A DNA stretch of 64,000 nucleotides from Candidatus Binataceae bacterium (GTDB lineage Bacteria; Desulfobacterota; Binatia; Binatales; Binataceae), in assembly GCA_035531855.1 (NCBI GenBank), contig DATKSB010000080.1:14243-78242 (forward strand). Direction: 5' to 3'. Of the stretch, positions 48,905 to 59,428 are shown in pieces; the first letter of the stretch is position 1; each line of letters opens with the position of its first letter. The notes under the pieces are model-generated. The model was not told where the DNA came from. It saw only the letters and a program-made list of their open reading frames with translations, and searched no databases. Position numbers and translations under genes: made by a program.

Positions 48905-51010
48905 TCACCCGAGCAGTTCGCTCTCCAGCGCCTTGAATTCCGTTAGCGGCGTCGTGCAGGTGCGGTCGCGGCAGACGTATGCGGTAATCCTGCCGTCCAC
49001 CTGATGCTTCCCGCGAATCTGTTCGGGCAGAAAGCCCGTCGTGGCCGTACCGGACGGTTCGGCGGCGAAAATCGCAAGGTTCGGAACATAGAGCAAACCC
49101 AACCGCTCGATCCATTCGCGAAACTCTGGCGAATCGCGCTCACCGACGATCACAACCTCGGTTGCGCCGCGATGATACAAATCGACCGCCTCGAGCATGT
49201 GCGAAAAACCGAACGGCTGCTTTTCGATAAACTCGCGAAACAGCTTCAGAGCCCGCTCCGCTTCGATTCGGTACTCGTCCTCACCCGTGTACTCGAAAAG
49301 CCGCAGGAGGGCCGCTACCGCCGCGCGGTTGCCCGACGGCGTCGAGCCGTCGAAGGCCGCCTTGCTGCGCGTGATCAGCGCCTCGTGATCGTCGGAGGTA
49401 AAGTAGAACCCGCCCTTGGCGCGATCGATAAAGCGCTCGAGAATGACCGCCGCCAGCGTGCGCGCATGCTCCAGGTAGCGCGCGTCGAGCGAGGCTTCGT
49501 AGAGATCGATCATCGCGCCCGCCAGCAGCGCGTAGTCCTCGAGATAAGCGTTGAAGCGCGCAGCGCCGTCCTTGTACGAGCGCTTAAGCGCGCGCCCATC
49601 CCACATCTGCGTCATGATCAGGTTGGCTGCGCGCTGCGCCGCTTCAAGGAAGCGCGGTTCGTGAAGCGCCCGGTAGCCGACCGCAAACGCCGATATCATC
49701 ATCGCGTTCCACGCGGTCAGAATCTTGTCATCGCGGCCCGGATGCACCCGCTTTTCGCGCGCGGCGAACAGCTTTTCGCGAATTGTTCGCAGCGCGGCTT
49801 CGATCTCGGCGTCGGACTTGTGAAACATCCGCGCCGCATCGCCGACTTCGAGTGTGCGATGCAGGATATTCTCGCCCTCGAAGTTGCCCTCGACGCTGAT
49901 ATCAAAATATCGCTCGGCTATCTCTGTCAGCTCCGCGCCCAGAATGTCCTCGACCTCTTCCGGCTCCCAGACAAAGAATTTTCCTTCGACGCCTTCGCTG
50001 TCCGCGTCCTGGCTCGAATAAAATCCGCCCTCCGGACTGGTCATTTCGCGCAGAATGTAATTCAGAATATCGCGCGCGATATCCAGAAACTCGGGCTCGT
50101 TCAGCGCACGACCCGCATCAGCATAGAGCACCGCAAGCTGCGCATTGTAGTAGAGCATTTTCTCGAAATGCGGCACCAGCCATCGCTCATCGACGCTGTA
50201 ACGATGAAATCCGCCACCGATCTGATCGTAGATTCCGCCGCGCGCCATCTTCTTGAGCGTGTGCCGCACGATCTCGCCCATCGCTTCGTCACCTTCGGCG
50301 TCGAAGACACGAAGAAAAAGCGAGAATACGAAAGTGTTGGGAAATTTCGGCGCTCCGCCAATTCCGCCGTTCACGCTGTCGTACGCTCCCGCCAGCGCGC
50401 GCGCCGCAACCACGGCCTGGTCGGGCCGCAACTCGCCGGATTTGGGTTCGTATTCCGAAAGCGCACCCAGCGCGGCACCGAGTTTCTCGACGTTGTGCGA
50501 AACCTCGTGCGCGCCGTTGCGAAAAGCATTCGCGACCGCGGTTAGAACCTTGGGAAATCCCGGCATCCCCTGCCGATCCTCGGGCGGCCAATAGGTGCCG
50601 CCGAAAAACGGCCGCGCGTCGGGAGTGAGGAACATCGTAAGTGGCCATCCGCCGCGCCCGGTGATCATCTGGACCGCGTCCATATAAATCTGGTCGAGGT
50701 CGGGCCGTTCTTCGCGATCGACTTTGATCGACACGAAATTTTCATTCATCAGCGCCGCGATCGCTTCGTTCTCGAACGACTCGCGCTCCATCACGTGGCA
50801 CCAATGGCACGCGGAGTACCCAATCGAAAGCAGGATCGGCTTGTTCTCGGCCTTCGCGCGCGCGAGCGCCTCGGCGCCCCATGGATACCAATCGACGGGA
50901 TTGTGCGCATGCTGGCGCAGATAGGGACTCTGCTCGCCTATCAGGCGATTGGTTTTGCCTCGCGCCGGATGCGCGGAGTCGTGATGTTCGCTCATGTGGC
51001 CCCAGCTCAA
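48905..51010 (-). CDS. Thioredoxin-domain protein, DUF255/YyaL (SPATA20-like; thioredoxin + six-hairpin glycosidase-like domains)
   Basis: [40 protein letters not shown]-terminal DUF255; 700 aa. Confidence 0.8.
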   Translation of the reverse strand: MSWGHMSEHHDSAHPARGKTNRLIGEQSPYLRQHAHNPVDWYPWGAEALARAKAENKPILLSIGYSACHWCHVMERESFENEAIAALMNENFVSIKVDREERPDLDQIYMDAVQMITGRGGWPLTMFLTPDARPFFGGTYWPPEDRQGMPGFPKVLTAVANAFRNGAHEVSHNVEKLGAALGALSEYEPKSGELRPDQAVVAARALAGAYDSVNGGIGGAPKFPNTFVFSLFLRVFDAEGDEAMGEIVRHTLKKMARGGIYDQIGGGFHRYSVDERWLVPHFEKMLYYNAQLAVLYADAGRALNEPEFLDIARDILNYILREMTSPEGGFYSSQDADSEGVEGKFFVWEPEEVEDILGAELTEIAERYFDISVEGNFEGENILHRTLEVGDAARMFHKSDAEIEAALRTIREKLFAAREKRVHPGRDDKILTAWNAMMISAFAVGYRALHEPRFLEAAQRAANLIMTQMWDGRALKRSYKDGAARFNAYLEDYALLAGAMIDLYEASLDARYLEHARTLAAVILERFIDRAKGGFYFTSDDHEALITRSKAAFDGSTPSGNRAAVAALLRLFEYTGEDEYRIEAERALKLFREFIEKQPFGFSHMLEAVDLYHRGATEVVIVGERDSPEFREWIERLGLLYVPNLAIFAAEPSGTATTGFLPEQIRGKHQVDGRITAYVCRDRTCTTPLTEFKALESELLG

Positions 51011-51141
51011 ATTGAGGGTTGATCAGGATGCGTGTGCATTTTCGACGCTAGCATGCACCTGCCGACGGCGCCACGCAGAGTCGGCGCAATCTGCGTGGCA
51101 GTATGGCGGCGATACGCCGCCGACGGATAGAATTTCCCCCG

Positions 51142-52875
51142 ATGAGCTCCAGTCCGACCAGTCTCCGCGACCAGACTTCGTCCGCCGATATGCTCTGGCG
51201 GCGATGGTTCTTCGCGATCCTGGCGCTGTCGGCGATTTTGTTTTTCACCCGCCTGGGGGCTCGCGCGCTATGGTCGTCGGAATTTCGATGGGCCGAGATC
51301 GCGCGCGAGATGCTCGCGACCCACAACTACTTCTGGCCGACCATCAACGGCCGCGTCTATTACGATAAACCGCTCGGCTCCTACTGGCTCGTCATTTGGT
51401 CCACTTACCTCTCCGGCGGGATGAACGAACTCGCGGCGCGATTGCCATGCGCCGTCGCCGGCGTGCTCGGCGTAGCGCTCCTGATGATGCTGGCGCGGCG
51501 TTTGTACGACTCGCGCACCGCGATCGTCTCCGGCGTAATTTTAGCGACCAGCTTCAGTTTCGTGTTTTTTTCACGCAACGCCTCCGCCGATGTCGAGACA
51601 CTGACCGGAGAGCTCGCCGCGCTGCTGCTGTTTCTGAAATACGAAAACCGCCAGGACGGATGGCGGGTCGTCGGACTCTGGATCATCATGGCGCTCACGT
51701 CGCTGACCAAGGGCCTGCTTGGCTTCGTTTTGCCCATCATGGTGATCGGGCTGTACTGCACCCTCGCGCAGGGTTGGCGCGCGTTCGGCGACGCGATCCT
51801 GCACGGTGCGATAAGTTCGCGCGTCCGATGGGTAACCGAGCGCAATCGATGGCTGTTCACCTGGAAATCGATTCCGGCGATCGCGATCGGAATCGCGCTC
51901 TACTCGTTCCCGTTCTGGTTCTCGAAGCAGGTCGAAGGCTCGGACAAAGGCCTGCAGATGGTATGGCGCGAGAACGTGGTGCGCTTCTTCCATCCGTTCG
52001 ATCATCGCGGTCCGGTTTATCTTTATGTTTACGTAATTTTCGCGCTCATGGCGCCGTGGGCGATGCTCCTGCCGGCCGCGCTGGTCGAGGCGCATCAGCG
52101 CCGTCGCGAGCAAATCGAACCCGCGCGCAGCGATCGCTTCGCACTAATTTATTTCTGGGCGACATTCGTCTTTTATACGGTTTCCGGATCGCGCCGCAGC
52201 TATTACATCCTGCCGATTCTTCCCGCCGGAGCGCTTCTCGTCGCGAGAATCCTGGCCGGAGACATGCTCCGCTCGCGATGGTCTCGCATCCTGCTCGCGA
52301 TCGGTTATGGTCTCACCGCGATCGGTACAATTCTCGGCGTCGTCGTGCTCTTGCCGCCGTCGATGATTCTGCGCGGCTCGATGGCGCTGCTGCCGGCGGC
52401 GCCGGATCGCATGTTCTTCGCGATCGCATGGGTCGTCAGCATCGCGAGTATCGCGTATGTGCTGCGCAATTACCGGCCCGAGCGCGTCGCGGTCTCGATG
52501 GGCGTCATCGCGTACGGCGTCATGCTGTACATCTTCGTGTTCGCGATGCCGGCGGCGGACGCATATCGCGGCGAGAAACCGTTCGGGCTGCAGACGCTGC
52601 AACTCCTGCGCGGCGACACCAGCCATCTGGCCCTGTATCGAACCGAAGGGCCGCTGTTTTATCTGAATCCGCCGGCTCCGCTGCCGGAATTTAATCATTT
52701 GCGGGACTTGAAGAGCGCGTTGGCCAACGATGATATTCGCTGGATGATCGTTCGGCGCCGTGACGTACCGTCGCTTGGGGTTCCAGCGACGGAGCTTCTG
52801 CACGAGGCTTCTTTTCCGTGGGAAACGCCAGAGCAAGTGCGCAATAAAGTTGTGTTGCTGAAGATCTCGCGCTAA
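51142..52875 (+). CDS. Membrane glycosyltransferase, ArnT/PMT (GT39/GT83) family
   Basis: More than 10 TM helices; the N-terminal loop motif region (YYDKPLGSYWL) is typical of dolichyl/undecaprenyl-phosphate-sugar transferases. Confidence 0.75.
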   Translation: MSSSPTSLRDQTSSADMLWRRWFFAILALSAILFFTRLGARALWSSEFRWAEIAREMLATHNYFWPTINGRVYYDKPLGSYWLVIWSTYLSGGMNELAARLPCAVAGVLGVALLMMLARRLYDSRTAIVSGVILATSFSFVFFSRNASADVETLTGELAALLLFLKYENRQDGWRVVGLWIIMALTSLTKGLLGFVLPIMVIGLYCTLAQGWRAFGDAILHGAISSRVRWVTERNRWLFTWKSIPAIAIGIALYSFPFWFSKQVEGSDKGLQMVWRENVVRFFHPFDHRGPVYLYVYVIFALMAPWAMLLPAALVEAHQRRREQIEPARSDRFALIYFWATFVFYTVSGSRRSYYILPILPAGALLVARILAGDMLRSRWSRILLAIGYGLTAIGTILGVVVLLPPSMILRGSMALLPAAPDRMFFAIAWVVSIASIAYVLRNYRPERVAVSMGVIAYGVMLYIFVFAMPAADAYRGEKPFGLQTLQLLRGDTSHLALYRTEGPLFYLNPPAPLPEFNHLRDLKSALANDDIRWMIVRRRDVPSLGVPATELLHEASFPWETPEQVRNKVVLLKISR

Positions 52876-54014
52876 AGACGCATCGGCATTACGACATAGG
52901 TGAATTTCGTGTCCGCTTCGGTTCTCACTACGCCGGGGCTGACGTCGTCGCTGAGTCCGAGCTCGACTTTGTTGCCCGACGGAATCACGCCGAGGACATC
53001 GCGCAGATAGTTCGCGTTGAATCCGATCGCGAACTCTTCGCCTCTGAAGTCAACGTCGAGCGACTCGCTCGCCTCACCCATTTCCGGGCTGGTCGATGAA
53101 ACCGTCAGGCTGCCCGAGGTGAGCGCGAACTTTACCCCGTGATAACGCTCGTTCGAGAAAATTGCCGCCCGCTTGATTGCCGCGAACAGTGCGTCGCGAT
53201 CAACCCCGATCGCGTGCTTCGATTCTTTCGGGATCACGCCGCGATAGTCGGGAAACTCGCCCTCGACCAGCCGCATCGAGACTTCGGTCGAGCCGCGTTT
53301 CATGTAGGCAAGCTGGCCGTCGAGCGAAAGTTTAACGTCCTGATCGCCGGTCTGGTCCAGAATCTTGCGCAGTTCCTGCAAACCCTTGCGCGGGATAATC
53401 GCGCCGCCTTCCATAACGAAGCCCGGAGCTTCCCGCTCGACCATCGATAGCCGATGCCCGTCGGTCGCGACCATCCGCACTCCGCCCGGACCTGCGGCTT
53501 CAAGATAAACTCCGCTCAGGTTGTAGCGCGCTTCGTCGGGGCTGACGGAGAAAACCGTCTTGTCGATCATCGAAGCCAGCACGGTCGAGGCAATTCCAAG
53601 TTCGGCCTTGAGCACTTTTTTGGCAGCCGCATTTTCGGTTTTTGCGGCGCTCTGGCTGGGCATCGCGGGAAATGAGCGCGGATCGAGGCCCATCATTTTG
53701 AATTTCGCGCGTCCGCATTTGAGCTCGACCCAATCGTTGTCGAGCGTGTCGAGTTTGACCTCGTCGCCTTCGGCCTCGCGCACGATTTCGAAAAGTTTTC
53801 GCGCGTTGAGCGTGATGCTCTTGTCCTTGGCGGTGCGCGCCGCGATTTCGGTACAGATTCCGACTTCCAGATCGGTTGCGCTAAGCTTTAGGCTTCCGCT
53901 TCCGGGTTCCAGGAGAACGTGCCCGAGAATCGGCACCGTTGTCCGTCGTTCTACGATCCCCTGCATCATCGCCAGCGCGGTCTGCAAAGCTCCGCGGTCA
54001 ATTACCAATCCCAT
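52872..54014 (-). CDS. dnaN: DNA polymerase III beta sliding clamp
   Basis: 380 aa with three-domain beta-clamp signature; immediately downstream of dnaA. Confidence 0.9.
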   Translation of the reverse strand: MGLVIDRGALQTALAMMQGIVERRTTVPILGHVLLEPGSGSLKLSATDLEVGICTEIAARTAKDKSITLNARKLFEIVREAEGDEVKLDTLDNDWVELKCGRAKFKMMGLDPRSFPAMPSQSAAKTENAAAKKVLKAELGIASTVLASMIDKTVFSVSPDEARYNLSGVYLEAAGPGGVRMVATDGHRLSMVEREAPGFVMEGGAIIPRKGLQELRKILDQTGDQDVKLSLDGQLAYMKRGSTEVSMRLVEGEFPDYRGVIPKESKHAIGVDRDALFAAIKRAAIFSNERYHGVKFALTSGSLTVSSTSPEMGEASESLDVDFRGEEFAIGFNANYLRDVLGVIPSGNKVELGLSDDVSPGVVRTEADTKFTYVVMPMRL

Positions 54015-54249
54015 GAACTGTCCGTCCTGCCTGCTATTCTTCTTAAGAGATCTTAAATTTAAAGATCAGTAAGACCCGTAGAGGGTGTTGATTTGTTGAG
54101 TACTCCATCAAGTACCTGATTTTCAACGTGAATCGTGATGGTACAAGCTGTCGGCGATTTGCCGTCTCGATCTCTGCGATCCGCGCCTGACCGATTGGGT
54201 ACGAGTTTTGAGCCAAGTTATCCAGAAGCGCTCCACAGGTTTCTCCACA
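54015..54249. promoter_or_regulatory. dnaA-dnaN intergenic region: AT-rich, near-palindromic GATCTTAAATTTAAAGATC, DnaA-box-like 9-mers (TTATCCAGA, TTCTCCACA)
   Basis: Seen directly in the sequence; AT content is markedly above the window average. Confidence 0.5.
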
Positions 54250-55656
54250 TCAGGCGGCATTAGCGCGGATCGCTTTTAGATCGCGTTCGATCTTCTCGAT
54301 CGAGAGCCGAAAAGCCGAGTCGTTGGTTACACGCCGCTGAATCAGGTTGTGTGCATGGATCACCGTGGAATGGTCGCGGCCAAACGCCTCGCCAATAACC
54401 GGAAACGAGCTGGCGGTCAGCTTGCGGCACAGGTACATCGCAACTTGCCGGCAAAACGCGATGTGCTGGGTTCGTTTTTTCGATTTCAAATCGATCAGCC
54501 GGATATGAAAAAAGTCTGAGACCGTTCTCTGGATCATCTCGACGTCGGGCTTGGCTTCGTGATTGCGAATCAGATCGTGCAACGCCTGCCGCGCGAAGTC
54601 CAGCGTGATCGCCGATTTGCTGAGCGACGCGAGCGCTCCGAGCCGGGTCAGGCATCCTTCGAGTTCGCGCACGTTGGACTGGATGCTCTGCGCGATATAG
54701 AGCGCGACGTCCTGCGCAAGATGCAGATTGTCCAGCGCAGCCTTCTTTTGGACGATTGCGACTCGAGTTTCGAGATCGGGCGGCGCAATATCCGCGATAA
54801 GTCCCGATTCGAACCGATTGCGCAGGCGTTCTTCGAGCCCCGGAATCTCGCGCGGCACTTTGTCCGAGGTCAGGATGATCTGATGCCGGTCGGCGTGCAG
54901 CGAATTGAACGTATGAAAAAATTCTTCCTGGGTGCGTTCGCGGCCGGCCAGGAACTGGATGTCGTCCAGGATGAGCGCATCGACCAGGCGGAACTTTTCG
55001 CGAAACTCGTTCATCCGGTCACGCCGGATCGAGCCGATAAGCTCATTCATGAAGACTTCTGCCGGCATGAACAGTACTTTGCGCGGCCGATCGCCGCTGC
55101 CGTAGATGTGATGCCCGATCGCGGTCACCAGATGAGTCTTGCCCAGGCCGACTCCGCCATAGATGAAGAGCGGGTTGTATTTGTCGCCCGGCTGGTTAGC
55201 CACTGCCAGTGCGGCTGCATGCGCGAATTGGTTGGCCGAGCCAACCACGAACTCCGCCAGGGTATAACGCGGGTTCAGTTGCGGATGGCGTTCCGCTCGG
55301 ACCGGCTCTCTGGTGGCAGACGCTTTCGCGGCATGATGTCCGTTGCCATTGCCGCCGTTGCCGTGTCCATTGGAATTGCCATTGCCGTTCCCGTGCGGCG
55401 CCGCAGTCGCGCCGGCGCTCTCGCCCAAGGTCAGCTTGACCTCGACCGGCTCGCCGGCCTCCTCCGAGAGCGACTTCTGCAGCATCGGAAGGTAGCGTTC
55501 ATTAACCCAGTCGCGGAAGAATCGGTTGGGCGCCTCGATCGTAACTGTTCGGCCTTGTTGTCCGACAAAGCTCAGCGGTCCGATCCAGGTTTCAAATCCA
55601 ACTTGTCCAAGTTCTTCACGCAAGCGGTCATTGGCTTTGCGCCATAACCCGTTCAT
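54250..55656 (-). CDS. dnaA: Chromosomal replication initiator protein DnaA
   Basis: Start MNGLWRKANDRL. AAA+ Walker A GGVGLGKTHL. Box VII and the C-terminal DnaA-box-binding HTH (FGRDHSTVIHA). Confidence 0.9.
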   Translation of the reverse strand: MNGLWRKANDRLREELGQVGFETWIGPLSFVGQQGRTVTIEAPNRFFRDWVNERYLPMLQKSLSEEAGEPVEVKLTLGESAGATAAPHGNGNGNSNGHGNGGNGNGHHAAKASATREPVRAERHPQLNPRYTLAEFVVGSANQFAHAAALAVANQPGDKYNPLFIYGGVGLGKTHLVTAIGHHIYGSGDRPRKVLFMPAEVFMNELIGSIRRDRMNEFREKFRLVDALILDDIQFLAGRERTQEEFFHTFNSLHADRHQIILTSDKVPREIPGLEERLRNRFESGLIADIAPPDLETRVAIVQKKAALDNLHLAQDVALYIAQSIQSNVRELEGCLTRLGALASLSKSAITLDFARQALHDLIRNHEAKPDVEMIQRTVSDFFHIRLIDLKSKKRTQHIAFCRQVAMYLCRKLTASSFPVIGEAFGRDHSTVIHAHNLIQRRVTNDSAFRLSIEKIERDLKAIRANAA

Positions 55657-56237
55657 TCGTTGTCCTCCCCAAGTCTCCGGGCCGCCGATCGGCAAGGTCC
55701 GGATCCGGCCGTACGCCGCGCCCAGCGATCATTTCTGCACAAGCTTATCCACATCTGTGGATAAGCACTGTTTTGGTCCGTCCTGAAAGCAGATTCGGGC
55801 CGAATTACGACCGGCTATCAACTCGCTGGTGCGGTTTACGGTTCTGTCAGCTTCTGAATTCTCTGGAACAGCAACGGCAAAGTGCGTGCGCTTTCGAGCC
55901 ATCGATGATCACGAAGGTCGCCAGAATTTTCGCTTCAAAAAGATGTGCGTGCGGAAAAGTCTCGCGGCCAAGGCAACGTGATAAGCTCTTTTCCGATTAC
56001 TGACAAGTGCGCGCGCGCAGAATCTCGTATCATTGCGGAACGTAAAGGAAAATTTTGTGATCGACTTGATGTCATCCTTTCGCGTAAATTCCGGCTTCGA
56101 TCGTGCGATCCGGCACGATGGCTCCTGGAGCCGTTGTACTCGATCACAAATTTCTTCGTACGCGAACGCCGAGTGCGATCCAATACGCGTTTGACTGCAT
56201 CGGCGCGCGATGTTAGCTGGCGACTCACAGGATACGA
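55657..56237. other. Putative oriC / dnaA promoter region (580-bp intergenic, AT-richer, contains DnaA boxes)
   Basis: Position between dnaA (minus) and hemL (plus). DnaA-box palindrome. AT-rich stretches (aaattttgtgatcgacttgatgtcatcctttcgcgtaaatt). Confidence 0.55.
55745..55764. promoter_or_regulatory. Perfect palindromic pair of consensus DnaA boxes, TTATCCACA-tc-TGTGGATAA
   Basis: Exact consensus 9-mers in inverted orientation, about 90 bp upstream of the dnaA start. Confidence 0.8.
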
Positions 56238-57536
56238 TTGATGTCTTCCGATAAAAATTCACGCGAGTTGCTCGCTCGCGCGCAGAAGATAATTCCCGGC
56301 GCGGTGAATTCTCCGGTGCGCGCGTGGAAGGCAGTCGGCGGTTCGCCGCGGTTTATCGCCCGCGCCGGCGGCGTATTCCTTTTTGACGCCGACGGCAATC
56401 AATTATTTGACTACGTAGGCTCCTACGGTCCCGCCATCGCAGGCCACGCGCATCCCGCGGTAATCGAAGCGATCGCGAAACAAGCGCGCGGCGGTCTGGG
56501 CTTCGGCGCCTCGACCGAACTTGAGATCGAGATCGCAGAGATCATCACCTCGGCCATCGCAATTGCGGAAAAAATTCGCCTCGTCAGCTCCGGCACCGAA
56601 GCCGGCATGACCGCGCTCAGAATCGCGCGCGCCGCGACCGGACGTCCTGCGATAATCAAATTCGACGGATGCTACCATGGGCATAGCGATTCGATGCTGG
56701 TGCGCGCCGGTTCGGGCGCGATGACGCTCAGCTTGCCCGACAGCGCGGGCGTTCCGGAGGAACTGGCGGCGCTTACGATGGTGGCGACCTACAACTCGAT
56801 CGACAGCGTCGAAGAACTCTTCAGGAACAATCGTGATCGAATCGCGGCGGTGATCGTCGAGCCGATCGCTGCGAATATGGGAGTGGTTCTTCCCGAGACC
56901 GGATTTCTGCAAGCGCTCGAAAGGGTCGCGCATCGAAACGGTGCGCTGCTGATCTGTGACGAGGTGATTACCGGTTTTCGCCTGAGCTTCGGCTCCGCGA
57001 GCGAAAAACTTGGCATCGGCCCCGACCTGGTCATGCTGGGAAAAATAATCGGCGGCGGATTGCCGATCGGCGCGGTCGCCGGACCCGCGAAGTTGATGGA
57101 TCTGCTCGCGCCCGATGGGCCGGTCTATCAGGCGGGGACGCTATCGGGGAATCCGCTGTCGGTGCGGGCGGGGATCGAGACGCTGAAGCTGCTCAAGGAA
57201 GCGGGCTTCTACGAACGGCTCGAAGTTGCCGGTGCGCGGCTCGAGGCGGGGCTTCGCGATGCTCTCGTGCGCTGCGAGGAACGCGGATGCGTCAATCGTG
57301 CGGGGTCGTTGCTGACGATGTTTCTGGGTCCGTTGCAGGTCCGCAACGCAAATGACGCGCGGACGTCCGACACGGCCAAGTTCGCACGATTCTTCCATGC
57401 GATGCTCGAGCGGGGCGTCAATATCCCACCGTCGCAATTCGAGGCGTTATTCGTTTCATCCGCGCACAGCGATGCGGATATCGATGCGACCGTATCGAGC
57501 GTGCACGACGCGCTCGAGATCGCCGCTCGAGGCTAG
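56238..57536 (+). CDS. hemL: Glutamate-1-semialdehyde 2,1-aminomutase
   Basis: KIIPGAVNSPVRA N-terminus and the PLP-lysine region GKIIGGGLPIGA. Confidence 0.9.
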   Translation: MMSSDKNSRELLARAQKIIPGAVNSPVRAWKAVGGSPRFIARAGGVFLFDADGNQLFDYVGSYGPAIAGHAHPAVIEAIAKQARGGLGFGASTELEIEIAEIITSAIAIAEKIRLVSSGTEAGMTALRIARAATGRPAIIKFDGCYHGHSDSMLVRAGSGAMTLSLPDSAGVPEELAALTMVATYNSIDSVEELFRNNRDRIAAVIVEPIAANMGVVLPETGFLQALERVAHRNGALLICDEVITGFRLSFGSASEKLGIGPDLVMLGKIIGGGLPIGAVAGPAKLMDLLAPDGPVYQAGTLSGNPLSVRAGIETLKLLKEAGFYERLEVAGARLEAGLRDALVRCEERGCVNRAGSLLTMFLGPLQVRNANDARTSDTAKFARFFHAMLERGVNIPPSQFEALFVSSAHSDADIDATVSSVHDALEIAARG

Positions 57537-57541
57537 CGGTA

Positions 57542-57757
57542 ATGCAGTGGACGGCGGGCAAGGCGGCGCGTTTCATGGCGATCGGATTCGAGTTTTCAGG
57601 TCCGATCATCGCTGGCGCCGTGGTCGGCCACTATCTCGATCTCTATTTCAAAACCGATCCGTGGTTGACGTTCGCGCTGTTCATGGCGGGCCTGGGCCTT
57701 GGCTTCTACCGCCTGATCCGTGAGCTTCAGCTCGCGCAGCGGACGCTCGGGCAATGA
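57542..57757 (+). CDS. AtpZ-like small membrane protein (ATP synthase operon gene 1 family)
   Basis: 71 aa, 2 TM helices, first gene of the F0 cluster. Confidence 0.5.
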   Translation: MQWTAGKAARFMAIGFEFSGPIIAGAVVGHYLDLYFKTDPWLTFALFMAGLGLGFYRLIRELQLAQRTLGQ

Positions 57758-58146
57758 CGCTCGGGTGGGCGGTTCCGACCATCGCGGCGATTCAGCGCAC
57801 CAATGTTCTGCTGGTCGCGCTCACCGCGGCTGCGCTTGCTTACCTGGTCTCGATCAACTCCGCGATCGGATGCATGCTTGGCGGCGCAGTGGTGATCGCC
57901 AATCTATGGATTCTCGCTGCCCTTGGACGCCTAGTCCTGGCCGCCGCCGGCGCGGGAATTTCCGGCAACGCAGCGCGTCTGGGCGCGGCCGCAATACCGC
58001 TCAAACTGCTCATCGTGGTGGGTCTGGTGTACCTGGCTTTCACGCGCGCGCATATTGACGGACTTGGGTTCGGCTTCGGCGTCTTGACTCAGTTGGCCGC
58101 CATCATTATTGAAACCGGACGAGCCTCGCTCGCTGGCGCGGCCTGA
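57754..58146 (+). CDS. atpI: ATP synthase protein I-like membrane protein
   Basis: 130 aa hydrophobic protein between atpZ and atpB; ATGA-type overlap. Confidence 0.5.
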   Translation: MTLGWAVPTIAAIQRTNVLLVALTAAALAYLVSINSAIGCMLGGAVVIANLWILAALGRLVLAAAGAGISGNAARLGAAAIPLKLLIVVGLVYLAFTRAHIDGLGFGFGVLTQLAAIIIETGRASLAGAA

Positions 58147-58170
58147 GCGAGTGCGCACGGAGAATCTCCT

Positions 58171-58863
58171 TTGCAGAAATCGGTCAATTTTCTCGAGCTG
58201 ATCGGCGGCGGAAAAGTCCCCGAAGTTATTGTCGGAACCTGGATCGTGATGGGAATCCTGATCGTGTTCGGGTTCGCCGCGCGCCGCGCGCTCGCCCGCG
58301 CCAAGGACCCGGTCGTTCCCGACGACGGGATGAGCCTGCGCGCGATGTGCGAAGTGCTGGTCGAATGGCTCGATGGCTTCGTTCATGACGTGCTCGAAAC
58401 CCACGGCTACCGGGCGCTGGTGCCGTTTTTCGGATGTATTTTCGTATTCATCCTGTTTGCGAACTTCTTTGGCTTGATTCCCGGAATGGAACCGCCGACC
58501 GGAGATTCCGATCTGACTTTCGCGCTCGGAACAATCTGCTTCGGCTACTACATCGTGCAGGGCTTCAGATCGCAGGGCGCCTGGTATCTCAAAAGCTTTC
58601 TCGGACCGTACCTGCCGCTGGCGTTTCTGATGCTGCCGATCGAGCTGGCGGACAATTTGTTCCGCCCGTTCTCGCTCGGTATCCGTCTTTACGCGAACAT
58701 GTTTGCCGACCATACCGTGCTCAGCATCTTCACCGGGCTGACGAAGCTGGTGATTCCGCTGGCCTTCTATGCGCTCGGCGCGATCGTGTGCATAATCCAG
58801 GCGATCATTTTTGTGGTGCTATCGATGGCCTATGTACGGCTGGCCGCGAGCCACGAACATTAG
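58171..58863 (+). CDS. atpB: F0F1 ATP synthase subunit a
   Basis: LGIRLYANMFADH with the conserved Arg in TM4. Confidence 0.85.
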   Translation: MQKSVNFLELIGGGKVPEVIVGTWIVMGILIVFGFAARRALARAKDPVVPDDGMSLRAMCEVLVEWLDGFVHDVLETHGYRALVPFFGCIFVFILFANFFGLIPGMEPPTGDSDLTFALGTICFGYYIVQGFRSQGAWYLKSFLGPYLPLAFLMLPIELADNLFRPFSLGIRLYANMFADHTVLSIFTGLTKLVIPLAFYALGAIVCIIQAIIFVVLSMAYVRLAASHEH

Positions 58864-58982
58864 ACGAAAATTTATGTAGGGATTTTTCGCGACCAGGGAC
58901 GCCCGTCCGAATTGGTGGTGGTAGAGGACAGAAGATGTGGCGGCGCGGGCGCCGGAAGCGCGCAAAACGAGGAGGACTCGAG

Positions 58983-59321
58983 ATGGTTCGCAAAATGGGT
59001 ACGGTGATCGCGATGCTGGGCGTCGCGATTCTAGCTTCGCCGATGCTGGCGATGGCGCAAGAGGCCGCCGCGGCAGGCGGTTCAGGCGCTCCGCTGCGCG
59101 CGGGGTTGATCGCGCTGGCGGCGAATATCGGCATCGGAATTGCCGCCTTTGGGAGCGCGATTGGTCAGGGCAGGATGGCCGCGTCGGCGATGGAATCGAT
59201 CGGGCGCAATCCGAACAGTGCCGGCCAGATTTTCGTTCCGATGATCATCGGGCTTGCGTTTATCGAAGCGCTGACTCTGTACGCATTGGTCATCGCATTT
59301 TTCCTGCAGGCGAAGATTTAG
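58983..59321 (+). CDS. atpE: F0F1 ATP synthase subunit c
   Basis: Two-helix hairpin with GRNPN loop and the conserved carboxylate (IEALTLYALVIAF). Confidence 0.85.
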   Translation: MVRKMGTVIAMLGVAILASPMLAMAQEAAAAGGSGAPLRAGLIALAANIGIGIAAFGSAIGQGRMAASAMESIGRNPNSAGQIFVPMIIGLAFIEALTLYALVIAFFLQAKI

Positions 59322-59428
59322 TCGCATCTGCCGTAACGACCAGGTTTGATAGGCGGGCTCCGCGAAAAGCGGCGCCCGCTTTCTTTTCGGATTGCAGAGA
59401 AGAAACGCGCGGTCGAAGGCGCTGTCGT

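Noticed and set aside
49004-50545. 513-aa plus-strand ORF
   Set aside because: Antisense to the thioredoxin-domain DUF255 gene; no motifs.
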